A DNA stretch of 64,000 nucleotides from an uncultured Bacteroidales bacterium (GCA_964605655.1 CAZSDK010000020.1:6974-70973), one strand, 5' to 3'; shown: positions 39,011-49,039, numbered from the stretch's first letter. Notes: a model not told the origin generated them from the sequence alone. Numbers and translations are program-made.

Positions 39011-40033
39011 TTACACACTCATTTCCCCTCTCATGGGAGTCTGCAGCCAGTGTATGGTTTCATCCCTGCTCATTTTCTTGCCGAGAAGGAACATCAGCTT
39101 GGTGAGGGCGGCTTCGGTAGTAATGTCATACCCACCAATAATCCCTAATTCTCCGAGACGTGCACTGGTCTCATATTTCCCGATTTCCACCGTTCCGCCC
39201 TTGCATTGGGTCACGTTGAAAAGAATCAATCCCTGTTCCACTGATTGATGGAGAGCATCCAGGAACCAGGAATCGGTGGGTGCATTGCCCGAGCCAAAGG
39301 TCTCAAGGATCACTGCTTTTAACCCTTCAGTGCCAAGAATGGAATGAACCACCTTTGGGGTGATCCCCGGGTATAACTTGAGGAGAGCGATATTGCCATC
39401 CAGATCTTTATGGATCTTTAACTTACGGAAGTTGGGCCTCAGGATGAATTCCCTGTTGTACTTAATATTGACCCCAATCTCGGCCAGCACCGGGAAGTTA
39501 CCCGACATGAAGGCCTGGAAATGTTCCGCATTGACCTTGGTGGTCCGGTTTCCACGATATAGCTTATTTTCAAAGCATAAGGTGACTTCAGGTACGATGG
39601 GTGTTCCCTCATCGTAGGCTGCGGCTATTTCAATGGCGTTGATGAAGTTCTCCCTTCCGTCATTCCTCACCACTCCCATCGGCAACTGAGACCCGGTGAA
39701 AACAACCGGCTTGTTCAGGTTCTCCAGCATGAAACTCAGCGCAGAAGCGCTGTAAGCCATGGTATCAGAACCATGTAACACCACAAAACCATCGTAGGAT
39801 TCGTAATGGCTCCCGATAACCTCCGCAATTTTTACCCAGAAAGAGGGCTGCATGTTCGAGGAGTCGAGCAATGGATCGAAAGAATGGATATCAATGTGAT
39901 AATTGAAGTTCTCAAGAAGAGGGATGTGATGGTAAACATGCCCAAAATCAAAGGGACGCAATGTGCCGGTTTCCCTGTCCTGCATCATGCCGATGGTGCC
40001 TCCGGTATAGATGACCAATATGGATGAAGTCAT
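39011..40033 (-). CDS. ansA: Type I L-asparaginase
   Basis: 340 aa. ILVIYTGGTIGM active-site motif and HGSDTMAYSAS. Confidence 0.9.
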   Translation of the reverse strand: MTSSILVIYTGGTIGMMQDRETGTLRPFDFGHVYHHIPLLENFNYHIDIHSFDPLLDSSNMQPSFWVKIAEVIGSHYESYDGFVVLHGSDTMAYSASALSFMLENLNKPVVFTGSQLPMGVVRNDGRENFINAIEIAAAYDEGTPIVPEVTLCFENKLYRGNRTTKVNAEHFQAFMSGNFPVLAEIGVNIKYNREFILRPNFRKLKIHKDLDGNIALLKLYPGITPKVVHSILGTEGLKAVILETFGSGNAPTDSWFLDALHQSVEQGLILFNVTQCKGGTVEIGKYETSARLGELGIIGGYDITTEAALTKLMFLLGKKMSRDETIHWLQTPMRGEMSV

Positions 40034-40128
40034 TTCTCTGCCTGTGGTTTGTGGAGTAAAGATAAACGGAATTCATTAACTTTACAACGAAGAAACACGG
40101 CTGATTGTCCAACTCAAAACCTCAACAG

Positions 40129-41517
40129 ATGGCAAAAGTTTTTCTCACTTTCTGCTTGATTGGAATACTGATGTTTCCAATGCGTTCATTTTCACAAGTT
40201 TGTGACTATTTTGATTCAGGCCAGAACCTGGGTTCTGATCCCACATTCGGGGTGGCCCTGGGTGACTTCGACGGGGACGGCGACCAGGATGCCTTTACCG
40301 TGGATGCTTACAATGACCTGGAAATCTATTTCAATAACGGAAGCGGTATCTTCAGCCTCAGTCAGACCATCACACCGGCTGCCGGTGAAGGTGATAATTT
40401 CGGGGTGCACCTGGCTGATGTCGACAACGACGGAGACCTGGATGCCATTGTGGTCCCATTTTACAACTCTGCCAGCCTCAAAATCTATAAAAACAACGGT
40501 GCCGGGAACTTTACTCTTTTCCAGGCCGTGTCCTCGAACCTGGGTTGCCATTTTGCAGGGATCGGGGATCTTGACGGGGATAATGATACAGATGTATTCT
40601 TGCCCGGATGGATGTCATCTGAGACCAAGGTCTTTCTGAATAACGGGAACGGGATGTATACTCAGTTTTCTTCTCTGACCCTTACCAATTTCGGAGGAAG
40701 TAATGATGTGGCCATGGCCGATGCCGACGGGGACGGTGACCTCGATGCCATTGTCGTTTCAAGTAACGCAGGCGGAAGGCTGTTGATAAATGACGGAACC
40801 GGGACCTTTACCGACAGTGGTCAGACTCTGGGTAATACCAGCGACAGCTATTACACGGTGGAAGCCGGTGACATTGAAAAAGACGGAGATGCCGATGTCA
40901 TCATCGGAGGGATGTATGCCCCGCTCACCGCACTGACCAACAATGGTTCAGGTGTATTTAGTCCAATGGCAACTTATCTGAGCAGCAACTATGACAAGGA
41001 TATGCTTTTGCTCGACTATGACAATGACAACGATCCCGATGTATTCGTTTCCACGTATGGAGGACACGGGCTGGAGGTGTGGAACAACGATGGCTCGGGA
41101 AATCTGTCGTTATGCTATGAGAACGTATCTCCCATGCCGGAGACTTATTCCCATGGATTTGATATAGGGCTTCTCAACGGAGATGTGTATTATGATGCCT
41201 TTATGGGCGAATTCGGCAGCGACGGGGATAAGGTGTTTTTCGGGGATCCTTCGGTGGGCCTTCCGAACCGGGAACCCTTCACTTTTCAGCTGTCTCCCAA
41301 TCCGGCCGGAAACTGGCTGGACCTCGGTATCGAGGGGAATTCCCGTGCTTTACAAATGGAAATTTTTGACGCCAGGGCTTGTTTACTCATGGCGACAAAC
41401 CTCATCGGGTCCGATAATTATTCTCTGAATATCAGTGGTTTAGGTACGGGGCTTTATCTCCTGGTTTTAACCGATGAATGGGGACAGCGTTTTACGTCCA
41501 GATTTATAAAGGATTAA
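40129..41517 (+). CDS. FG-GAP/VCBS-repeat protein with a T9SS type A C-terminal sorting domain
   Basis: Repeated DxDGDGDxD calcium-binding-type loops (GDFDGDGDQDAF, DVDNDGDLDAIV, GDLDGDNDTDVF, DADGDGDLDAIV, DIEKDGDADVI). C-terminal tail LSPNPAGNWLDL...GLYLLVLTDEWGQRFTSRFIKD. The track ORF starts at a TTG (40105); the ATG at 40129 (MAKVFLTF...) gives a normal signal peptide. Confidence 0.8.
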   Translation: MAKVFLTFCLIGILMFPMRSFSQVCDYFDSGQNLGSDPTFGVALGDFDGDGDQDAFTVDAYNDLEIYFNNGSGIFSLSQTITPAAGEGDNFGVHLADVDNDGDLDAIVVPFYNSASLKIYKNNGAGNFTLFQAVSSNLGCHFAGIGDLDGDNDTDVFLPGWMSSETKVFLNNGNGMYTQFSSLTLTNFGGSNDVAMADADGDGDLDAIVVSSNAGGRLLINDGTGTFTDSGQTLGNTSDSYYTVEAGDIEKDGDADVIIGGMYAPLTALTNNGSGVFSPMATYLSSNYDKDMLLLDYDNDNDPDVFVSTYGGHGLEVWNNDGSGNLSLCYENVSPMPETYSHGFDIGLLNGDVYYDAFMGEFGSDGDKVFFGDPSVGLPNREPFTFQLSPNPAGNWLDLGIEGNSRALQMEIFDARACLLMATNLIGSDNYSLNISGLGTGLYLLVLTDEWGQRFTSRFIKD

Positions 41518-41538
41518 CAGAACATCCTCAGGGAATTT

Positions 41539-42558
41539 TTACTGAACAAAATTCAGGATCTCCCCGGTGGGAATTTCCATCATACAACGGAAATGCCCTT
41601 TCGGACACTTTTCATATCCCAGTTTAGAGCAGGGACGGCAGGAGAGGTCCTTGACTTCCAGGATCTTTGATCTTGCGGAGGTCCCTTCAGGGTAGTAAGG
41701 GTACATTCCGAAGCTGGGGATGGTGTTTCCCCAGACAGAGATAATATCCTTCGAAAAAGCGGCCGCAATATGCATGAGTCCGGTGTCATGGGTGATGACC
41801 TGGTCGCAGGCTTTCAACAGCAAAGCCGACTCATGAAGGGTCAGCAGGCCGGTAGTGTTGTAAATATGTTTTGATTGACCTGGTGTTGGATTATCTATTG
41901 TTCCGGATCTCAATGGCAGTTGATTCACAAGGAATTCTGCTGTTGCACGATCTTCCGGTCCGCCAAGCAGGACCAGGGGTTTGTGTATCTTTTCGCAGAG
42001 CGTCAGCAGCTTTTCTTTGGGTAACTGTTTCGTAGCGTGTTTCCCCCCGATCACCAGGCAAACATATCCCTGTCGTGGCAGTCCCGGGATCTTCGCATAA
42101 GGGTCTACTCCTTCAGGGATAAAGTAATCCAGACCTTTTCCATCATTGGTGATATGGAAGCCGGATACGGATTGAAAATACCGGTCAACGATATGGATGT
42201 CGGGCAAAAGATCAATTTTTAGCTTACAGATCAGGAATTTACGGATGTTGAGTTTGCTGAAGGTGGAAAAGGGTTTGAAAAGTTTGATCAGTATGCTCCA
42301 CGATCTGAGATTCTTATGAAGGTCGATCAGGTGGTCATAGTTTTCCATACGAAGGGCAGGAACCACTTCGCTGATGCTTTTCCTGATGGTGAATATTTTA
42401 TCGATGTAGGGGTTGGCTTCGATCACCGGAAGAAAAACTTCCTTGGTGAGGTAGTGCACCTGGCAGCCGGGGAGCTGTTCTTTCAGGCAACGGACGACAG
42501 GGGTGGTAAGAACGATGTCACCGATGGAACTGAAACGTATGACCAGGATCTTCTTCAC
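41539..42558 (-). CDS. Glycosyltransferase family 9 (LPS heptosyltransferase-like)
   Basis: The N-terminus VKKILVIRFSSIGDIVLTTPVVRCLK is typical of GT9, with GNTIPSFGMYPY... later in the protein. I place the start at GTG 42558. The upstream 87 codons of the track ORF are antisense to tatD and look non-protein-like. Confidence 0.8.
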   Translation of the reverse strand: MKKILVIRFSSIGDIVLTTPVVRCLKEQLPGCQVHYLTKEVFLPVIEANPYIDKIFTIRKSISEVVPALRMENYDHLIDLHKNLRSWSILIKLFKPFSTFSKLNIRKFLICKLKIDLLPDIHIVDRYFQSVSGFHITNDGKGLDYFIPEGVDPYAKIPGLPRQGYVCLVIGGKHATKQLPKEKLLTLCEKIHKPLVLLGGPEDRATAEFLVNQLPLRSGTIDNPTPGQSKHIYNTTGLLTLHESALLLKACDQVITHDTGLMHIAAAFSKDIISVWGNTIPSFGMYPYYPEGTSARSKILEVKDLSCRPCSKLGYEKCPKGHFRCMMEIPTGEILNFVQ

Positions 42559-42624
42559 GGCCTTGTTTTGAGCAAAGTTAAGAACATTGCGATTACCTTT
42601 GCCTCTGAAATTCACTGCTGAAAC

Positions 42625-43443
42625 ATGATGCTGATTGACACCCACGCCCATTTGTATCTGGATGATTATAAGGATGACCGCGATTTGATGGTCCGGAGAG
42701 CCCTGGATGAGGGAGTCAGGTATATGCTGCTGCCCCGTATCGACAGCAGGACCCACCAGGCGATGATGTCGATGGCAGCACAGTTCCCTGACTCCTGCCT
42801 TCCTATGATGGGCCTTCATCCCACCAGCGTGAAGGAAGACTGGGAGTCGGAACTTGCCCTGGTGGAGGAAGGGCTCAAATCAGGCTCATACTGTGCTGTC
42901 GGCGAGGTGGGCATCGACCTGTACTGGGACCAGACCTACCGTAAAGAGCAGGAGAAGGTTTTCGTTAAGGAGATGGAATGGTCGTTGATGTATGGACTGC
43001 CCCTGGTGATCCATACTCGTAATTCACTTGAAATCACCATCGCCCTGATCAAGGATTTCAATGATCGTCGTCTGACCGGCGTTTTTCATTGTTTCCCCGG
43101 CACGGAGGAACAGGCTGAGGAGGTGATCGGGATGAGATTTATGCTGGGCATCGGAGGCGTGGTGTCCTACAAGAATTCTCAGATGTCGAAAGTGGTGGAA
43201 GCCATTCCGTTGGAACACCTCGTCCTGGAGACCGATGCCCCTTTTCTTTCCCCTCACCCCAAAAGAGGCATGAGAAATGAGAGTGCTTTTGTTGCTTATG
43301 TGGCCCGAAAAATAGCCGAGATCAAAAACACCGGCCCCGAAGAGGTAGCCGGGGTCACTACTGATAATGCCTTAAGATTATTTCCTTCGATTAACCTCCG
43401 AAACCCGCCACCTTACGGGACTCCGCAAAGACCTTTGCATTAA
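42625..43443 (+). CDS. tatD: TatD-family metal-dependent hydrolase/DNase
   Basis: [39 protein letters not shown]. The 3' end overlaps convergent sdhB by 53 nt. Confidence 0.9.
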   Translation: MMLIDTHAHLYLDDYKDDRDLMVRRALDEGVRYMLLPRIDSRTHQAMMSMAAQFPDSCLPMMGLHPTSVKEDWESELALVEEGLKSGSYCAVGEVGIDLYWDQTYRKEQEKVFVKEMEWSLMYGLPLVIHTRNSLEITIALIKDFNDRRLTGVFHCFPGTEEQAEEVIGMRFMLGIGGVVSYKNSQMSKVVEAIPLEHLVLETDAPFLSPHPKRGMRNESAFVAYVARKIAEIKNTGPEEVAGVTTDNALRLFPSINLRNPPPYGTPQRPLH

Positions 43444-44164
43444 TGAACTGACGGTTTAGCCTGGCGATATTGGTGAGTTTGATTTCTTTCGGACACTCGG
43501 CTTCGCAGGCACCGGTATTGGTACAGTTGCCAAATCCTTCTTCATCCATGGTCCTGACCATATTCTGAACCCTTTCCACGGCCTCAGGCATCCCCTGTGG
43601 CAGCAACACCAACTGCGATACCTTGGCACTTACGAACAACATGGCCGAAGCATTCTTACAGGCTGCCACGCAGGCCCCGCAACCGATACAGGCTGCGGCA
43701 TCCATTGCCAGATCAGATGAGTATTTAGGAACAGGGATGGCATTGGCATCCTGGGCCCCGCCGGTGTTCACCGAAGTATATCCTCCTGACTGAATGATCC
43801 GGTCAAAGGCAGAGCGGTCTACCATCAGGTCCTTGATTACCGGGAAAGCTCTTGAACGCCAGGGTTCAATCACCACGGTCTGTCCGTCCCTGAAATTCCG
43901 CATGTGCATCTGGCACACCGTGATGGCCTTGTCAGGGCCGTGAGGTCTTCCATTGATATACAGGCTGCACATGCCGCAGATGCCCTCCCTGCAGTCATGG
44001 TCGAAAACAACGGGATCTTCTCCTTTGTACACAAGCTTCTCATTCAGGATGTCCAGCATCTCCAGGAAAGAACAGTTGGGTGAGATATCATCGAGGTGAT
44101 AGGTTTCAAACCTTCCTTTGGAATGGTGGTCTTTTTGTCTCCAGATCTTTAACTTCAGCTTCAT
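43391..44164 (-). CDS. sdhB: Succinate dehydrogenase/fumarate reductase iron-sulfur subunit
   Basis: 257 aa. 2Fe-2S Cys cluster ([15 protein letters not shown]), then 4Fe-4S and 3Fe-4S clusters ([11 protein letters not shown]; [12 protein letters not shown]). Confidence 0.9.
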   Translation of the reverse strand: MKLKLKIWRQKDHHSKGRFETYHLDDISPNCSFLEMLDILNEKLVYKGEDPVVFDHDCREGICGMCSLYINGRPHGPDKAITVCQMHMRNFRDGQTVVIEPWRSRAFPVIKDLMVDRSAFDRIIQSGGYTSVNTGGAQDANAIPVPKYSSDLAMDAAACIGCGACVAACKNASAMLFVSAKVSQLVLLPQGMPEAVERVQNMVRTMDEEGFGNCTNTGACEAECPKEIKLTNIARLNRQFINAKVFAESRKVAGFGG

Positions 44165-44206
44165 GGATGGTTATTTTTCAATGATCATCAACAAGTTCAA
44201 TGACAA

Positions 44207-46144
44207 CTATTTATAATTTCTTTGTTTCACCTCGATAAATTCATAATCGAGGGATTCTTTATGGAGAAGGTGTTGGTCGCTGCCCTGGTATTCCCAGGCT
44301 GCGACATATTTGAAATCCTCGTCGTTTCTGAGGGCTTCACCGTCAGGGGTCTGGTACTCCTCCCTGAAATGTCCGCCGCAGCTTTCTTTACGATTGAGGG
44401 CATCCATGGCTATCAGCTCGCCCAGTTCCAGGAAGTCGGCCACCCTGCATGCCTTCTCCAGCTCGGTGTTCAGGCTGTCAGGCGTGCCGGGGATAAACAC
44501 ATCTTTCCAGAATTCCTCCCTGAGTTCCCTGATCAGGGTGATGCCTTTCTTCAGTCCTGTTTCATTTCTTCCCATACCAACATATTCCCACATGATCTTG
44601 CCAAGTTTCTTGTGGAAATGGTCGACAGAGTTCTTTCCTTTCACATTCATGAGCTTCTGGATGTGTTCGGCCACGTCTTTTTCCGTCTGTTCGAACTCGG
44701 GCAGGTCGGTTTTCATCCGGGGCACTTTGATCTGGTCGGAGAGATAATTTTGGATCGTGAAGGGGATGACAAAAAATCCGTCGGCCAGTCCCTGCATCAG
44801 GGCGGAAGCGCCGAGCCTGTTGGCACCGTGATCGCTGAAGTTGGCTTCTCCCAGCACAAACAGGCCAGGGATGGTCGTCTGCAGCTCATAGTCCACCCAG
44901 ATGCCGCCCATAGTGTAATGCACGGCAGGGTAAATCATCATCGGGGTCTCATAAGGGTTCTCGTCGACGATCTTCTCATACATCTGGAAAAGGTTGCCAT
45001 AACGTTCCTCGATCACATTCTTTCCTAAACGGGCAATGGATTCCGAGAAGTCGAGGAAGACGGCCAGACCGGTTTCCCCAACGCCAAAGCCGGCGTCGCA
45101 TCTTTCTTTGGCGGCCCTGGAGGCCACATCCCTGGGGACGAGGTTCCCAAAGGCAGGATAACGGCGTTCCAGGTAGTAATCACGATCTTCTTCTTTTATC
45201 TGGTTCGGTCTGAGCTTACCATGACGGAGAGCCTCGGCGTCGGCCAGGTTTTTGGGGACCCAGATACGGCCGTCGTTGCGGAGGCTCTCGCTCATCAGGG
45301 TGAGTTTAGACTGGTAGTCACCATGTACAGGGATGCAGGTGGGATGGATCTGGGTGAAACAGGGATTTCCGAAGAAAGCACCTTTTTTATAGGCCTGCCA
45401 GATCGCACTTGCGTTCGATCCCATCGCGTTGGTGGACAGGAAAAACACATTCCCGTAGCCTCCGGTGGCCAATACCACGGCATGGGCAAAATGCCGCTCC
45501 AGCTTCCCGGTGACCAGGTTACGGGTGATGATTCCCCTGGCCTTACCGTCGACCACCACCAGGTCCTGCATCTCCTGGCGATAGTACAGTTTTACCGTAC
45601 CCTTCTTGATCTGGCGGCTCAGTGATCCGTAGGCACCCAGCAGCAACTGCTGTCCTGTCTGCCCCCTGGCATAAAAGGTACGGGAGACCTGAGCCCCTCC
45701 GAAGGAACGGTTATCGAGTAATCCGCCGTAGTCACGGGCAAAAGGCACACCCTGGGCCACACAATGGTCGATGATCAGGTTGCTGACCTCGGCCAGACGG
45801 TAGACATTGGCTTCCCTGGCCCGGTAATCGCCTCCTTTTATGGTGTCATAAAAGAGACGGTAAATGCTGTCCCCGTCATTCTGGTAGTTCTTGGCTGCAT
45901 TGATCCCCCCCTGGGCAGCGATGCTGTGTGCCCGCCGCGGACTGTCCTGATAGCAGAAGTTCTTGACATTGAATCCAAGCTCACCCAGACTGGCTGCCGC
46001 TCCTGCACCGGCAAGACCGGTGCCGACAACGATAATATCCAGCTTTCTTTTGTTAGATGGGTTGACCAGGTTCTGGTGGGATTTAAAATACGACCACTTC
46101 TGTTCCAGTGGCCCTGCAGGAATCTTCGGATCTAAACGCGACAT
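44207..46144 (-). CDS. sdhA: Succinate dehydrogenase/fumarate reductase flavoprotein subunit
   Basis: 645 aa. FAD dinucleotide fold [18 protein letters not shown], the covalent-FAD His region [14 protein letters not shown], and [10 protein letters not shown]. Confidence 0.9.
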   Translation of the reverse strand: MSRLDPKIPAGPLEQKWSYFKSHQNLVNPSNKRKLDIIVVGTGLAGAGAAASLGELGFNVKNFCYQDSPRRAHSIAAQGGINAAKNYQNDGDSIYRLFYDTIKGGDYRAREANVYRLAEVSNLIIDHCVAQGVPFARDYGGLLDNRSFGGAQVSRTFYARGQTGQQLLLGAYGSLSRQIKKGTVKLYYRQEMQDLVVVDGKARGIITRNLVTGKLERHFAHAVVLATGGYGNVFFLSTNAMGSNASAIWQAYKKGAFFGNPCFTQIHPTCIPVHGDYQSKLTLMSESLRNDGRIWVPKNLADAEALRHGKLRPNQIKEEDRDYYLERRYPAFGNLVPRDVASRAAKERCDAGFGVGETGLAVFLDFSESIARLGKNVIEERYGNLFQMYEKIVDENPYETPMMIYPAVHYTMGGIWVDYELQTTIPGLFVLGEANFSDHGANRLGASALMQGLADGFFVIPFTIQNYLSDQIKVPRMKTDLPEFEQTEKDVAEHIQKLMNVKGKNSVDHFHKKLGKIMWEYVGMGRNETGLKKGITLIRELREEFWKDVFIPGTPDSLNTELEKACRVADFLELGELIAMDALNRKESCGGHFREEYQTPDGEALRNDEDFKYVAAWEYQGSDQHLLHKESLDYEFIEVKQRNYK

Positions 46145-46172
46145 AGATTTGGTATAAAGACTTTAGTACCCT

Positions 46173-46180
46173 CAAAAATA
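46173..46180 (-). promoter_or_regulatory. -7 promoter box (minus-strand tatttttg) directly upstream of sdhA
   Basis: Plus-strand caaaaata, 29 nt upstream of the sdhA ATG. Confidence 0.45.
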
Positions 46181-46305
46181 AATATTAATCATGTTGACCG
46201 GATGGGTTTCCATCCAGAAATTGCATGAGGACAGGCTTAAATAGAATAGGTATAAATAATGGTCTGGGCAGCGAGGTGAAATCAGCAGGATGAAAACGGT
46301 TAGTC

Positions 46306-46349
46306 GGGATGCGGGATGCGGGATGCGGATGCGGGATGCGGGATGCGGG
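46306..46349 (+). repeat. Heptad tandem array (GGGATGC)n, 6 units; canonical G-quadruplex-forming pattern
   Basis: gggatgc gggatgc gggatgc ggatgc gggatgc gggatgc ggg. These are G3 tracts separated by 4-nt loops. Confidence 0.9.
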
Positions 46350-46509
46350 ATAGTTCCAGTGGGCAGTCAGCAGTCAGCAGTCGGTGGGCAGTGAAGTCCA
46401 TGTCGTTATATTTCAAGGTTATACATTATCAATTATCAACTATTAATTATCAACTTTTACCTCGTAGAGGTTATCTACCTGTAGCAAAGAGTCAGCCGGT
46501 TGAATATTT

Positions 46510-46559
46510 CCCCTCCCCGTTATCATCCCAATCGAAGAAACAACCTTTGTGGGGAGGGG
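46510..46559. other. Hairpin with a 9-bp C/G stem (cccctcccc ... ggggagggg) and a 32-nt loop
   Basis: Read directly. It lies inside the 1.2-kb non-coding stretch. Confidence 0.7.
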
Positions 46560-46652
46560 CGAGAGGAGGGTAAGACTGGAATTCTAATATTCACTAAATC
46601 AGTGAGATGAATTCTGTTAGATGAAAGCTGGCAGTATAAGCAGTTGGCAACC

Positions 46653-46676
46653 GGGAAACGGGATTCGGGATACGGG
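46653..46676 (+). repeat. Second heptad G-tract array (gggaaac gggattc gggatac ggg); G-quadruplex motif
   Basis: Four G3 tracts with three 4-nt loops, period 7. Confidence 0.85.
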
Positions 46677-46708
46677 ATGGCAATTCATTCTTGCATTCTC
46701 CCTTCTTG

Positions 46709-46761
46709 CCATCTTGCCTTATCGAACATCCCTCTGCGACCCGGCGTCTCTGCGGTGAAAA
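46709..46761. repeat. Conserved core of the dispersed intergenic element (copy B)
   Basis: It matches 16202..16245 (see that feature). Its 3' part, ctctgcggtgaaaa (46748-46761), is the inverted complement of tttttaccgcagag at 46810-46823. Confidence 0.85.
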
Positions 46762-47055
46762 GGACGATAATTAGTGGTTCCTCAACATTCATGGGTTTCA
46801 TAGAAGTATTTTTTTACCGCAGAGAAACAGAGACGCAGAGTTTTTCTGCATCTGTCTTGATAAAAATATCGTTTCTCAGTCTTCTTTTCACCACTTGAGG
46901 CACTTAAGGTGTTGTGAATGTGAATCTTATTGTGGGAGTCAATCACTAACAGCTGCTTTACAATCATTGCACTGACCACTAACCTGGCAACCTTTGAGGG
47001 AGCTCTCATTAAGGGATTGAGGCTCCGGCGGTGAAAAGCGCACAAGGCATCCCCG

Positions 47056-47208
47056 GGGATGCTTGGTGGCCAGTACCACCCAACGGTTGTCCTTTTGGAG
47101 TTTTATCTCGAAGTCTGTCTTGAACTCCTCTATTTTCAGCTGGTTTTGTAGGTTATATCTTATCCTAAGTGCACGGGTTATTGCATATAAATTACGAATT
47201 ATATGCAA
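47056..47208 (-). pseudogene. Possible 5' remnant of an IS transposase gene (DUF772/InsH-N-like N-terminus)
   Basis: The 89-aa ORF begins ...IRYNLQNQLKIEEFKTDFEIKLQKDNRWVVLATKHP. This resembles, from memory only, the N-terminal pattern (..NRWV.LA..IPW) of a Bacteroidetes IS5-like transposase family. The rest of the ORF is unlike a transposase and there is no DDE domain. Confidence 0.25.
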
Positions 47209-47367
47209 GTATTTTTAAATATACTCGCTATATGTTATTAATAATCAGATTTATATGAATCTTTACTGTGCCCTATTTAGACTATTTATTAATTACTGTA
47301 ATCAAAAAGTTTTAGCTGATAAAATTTACTATTGTTATAAATTTGTTTATTAAAGTCAGACCTTCTA

Positions 47368-48948
47368 ATGACTCTTATCAAATTGCAAATGAGTTATCCT
47401 GAGGCAAATACCAGTAAACATATAAAGAGTATTATATTTATATTTGTATTTTCATCTTTGTTAATGATAGCATCTGGTCAAAATAGTCCCGATGCCAAGA
47501 GAGATTATGTCTGGGTGTTTGGGAATAATTATTATGCTCCTTGCAATACTGAATATAAACTTGATTTCAATAATTATCCTGATATTGTTTCCGGATTCAC
47601 ACACACTATTCATCTTGATCTGAATAATGCTTCTATTTGCGATACGAATGGTTCTTTACTTTTTTTTACCAATGGACAGGAGGTCGTCGACAGGTTAGGG
47701 AATATCATGCCTAATGGTGATTCACTTACCTATACAGACTTTTATCAGTATCTTAATCAGTTCAATTTAGGGCCCTGGTGGCCACAGTCAGTACTTATTC
47801 TTCCAAATCCGGTCTTTAATAACATATACTATATCTTACATCTTCGTATTGAGTGGCTTAATGGAATCACCGGGGAAGGGCCTGTGGCAACCGGACTTAT
47901 GATGAGTACTGTTGATATGACCCTTCATGACGGTTTTGGAGATGTCATCAGCAAAAACCAGTTACTCATCGATGACACCTTATTTAATGGAATGAACGCC
48001 ACAAGACATGGAAATGGCAGGGACTGGTGGATTATTGCCCCAACCAGAACAACAGGGATTTGTTATAAGTTACTTTTGGATCCCGAAGGAGTACACATCA
48101 TTGAATCTCCACCAAACAATAATTTCAATAATACAGTCTACACGCCATATACTGTGATGTCGCCGGATGGGAGCAAGTTCATTTATACCGGACATGGTTC
48201 AAATCATCCTGTTTACTGCTATAGTTTCGACCGTTGTCTTGGTACGATGAATGAAATTGAAAATTTCACTGTTCCGGATGATTATTTTGGATATAGCGTA
48301 TCCGTCTCTTCAAATTCTCAATATCTATATTTAATAAGTGAAATGCATATTTATCAATTTGATCTTACGGTTTCTCCCATTGCAAGCAGTAAAATACTTG
48401 TAGCTGTTTATGATGGATATAGCCCTACCTATAATCCTCCTGCTTTTAGTTTTTCACAATTAGGCCCGGATAATAAAATTTATATAGGTGCTGGCAATTC
48501 CACTTTTATTCATGTTATTGAGAATCCTGATTTAGAAGGAATGAACTGTAATGTTGTACAACGAGCTCTCACTATGCCAGGTTGCAGTCTTTACGGCTCT
48601 ATGCCAAAACTGCCTAACTTTCGGCTTGGGAGTTTGGTAGGATCCGACTGTGATAGTTTAATTACTAGTGCAATAGAAACCTCAAAAAGTTCCGCAGGTA
48701 AAATAACCTTCGCCCCCAATCCGGCAAACGACTATATCCGCTTTGATTTCAGTGAATTAACCACGAATCATCCTATGCAGTTTTTCATTAGTGACGACCT
48801 TGGAAGAGAGATGGATATGTTGAATATTGCACCATTCCAGGGTTTTTTCAACTACGATGTTAGAAAGTTAGCTGATGGATTATACATTGGTTTATTGAAA
48901 AACCAGAATGGAATGTTAGGAAAGGTCAAGTTCATAGTGAATAAATAG
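47368..48948 (+). CDS. Low-GC T9SS cargo protein of unknown function (beta-propeller-like) with a type A C-terminal sorting domain
   Basis: 526 aa with a signal-anchor. Repeated blade-like motifs (ICDTNGSLLFFTNG, HGNGRDWWII, SPDGSKFIYTG, LGPDNKIYIG). C-terminal tail FAPNPANDYIRFDF...DGLYIGLLKNQNGMLGKVKFIVNK. Sampled 60-nt lines give about 23-32% GC, against about 47% in neighbouring genes. Confidence 0.75.
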   Translation: MTLIKLQMSYPEANTSKHIKSIIFIFVFSSLLMIASGQNSPDAKRDYVWVFGNNYYAPCNTEYKLDFNNYPDIVSGFTHTIHLDLNNASICDTNGSLLFFTNGQEVVDRLGNIMPNGDSLTYTDFYQYLNQFNLGPWWPQSVLILPNPVFNNIYYILHLRIEWLNGITGEGPVATGLMMSTVDMTLHDGFGDVISKNQLLIDDTLFNGMNATRHGNGRDWWIIAPTRTTGICYKLLLDPEGVHIIESPPNNNFNNTVYTPYTVMSPDGSKFIYTGHGSNHPVYCYSFDRCLGTMNEIENFTVPDDYFGYSVSVSSNSQYLYLISEMHIYQFDLTVSPIASSKILVAVYDGYSPTYNPPAFSFSQLGPDNKIYIGAGNSTFIHVIENPDLEGMNCNVVQRALTMPGCSLYGSMPKLPNFRLGSLVGSDCDSLITSAIETSKSSAGKITFAPNPANDYIRFDFSELTTNHPMQFFISDDLGREMDMLNIAPFQGFFNYDVRKLADGLYIGLLKNQNGMLGKVKFIVNK

Positions 48949-49039
48949 GGTTTGGCGAAAAGACAATAATATCGCTTGAGATCGTAAATTCTGCAATCTG
49001 ATTTCTGACTTCGGGCATTCGTATTGTTGGATGCCGGCC

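Noticed and set aside
42559-42819. N-terminal 87-codon extension of the GT9 ORF (track 41539..42819)
   Set aside because: The extension is antisense to the 5' part of tatD. It is His/Gln/Arg-rich and unlike any GT9 N-terminus. A GTG at 42558 gives the canonical VKKILVIRFSSIGD start.
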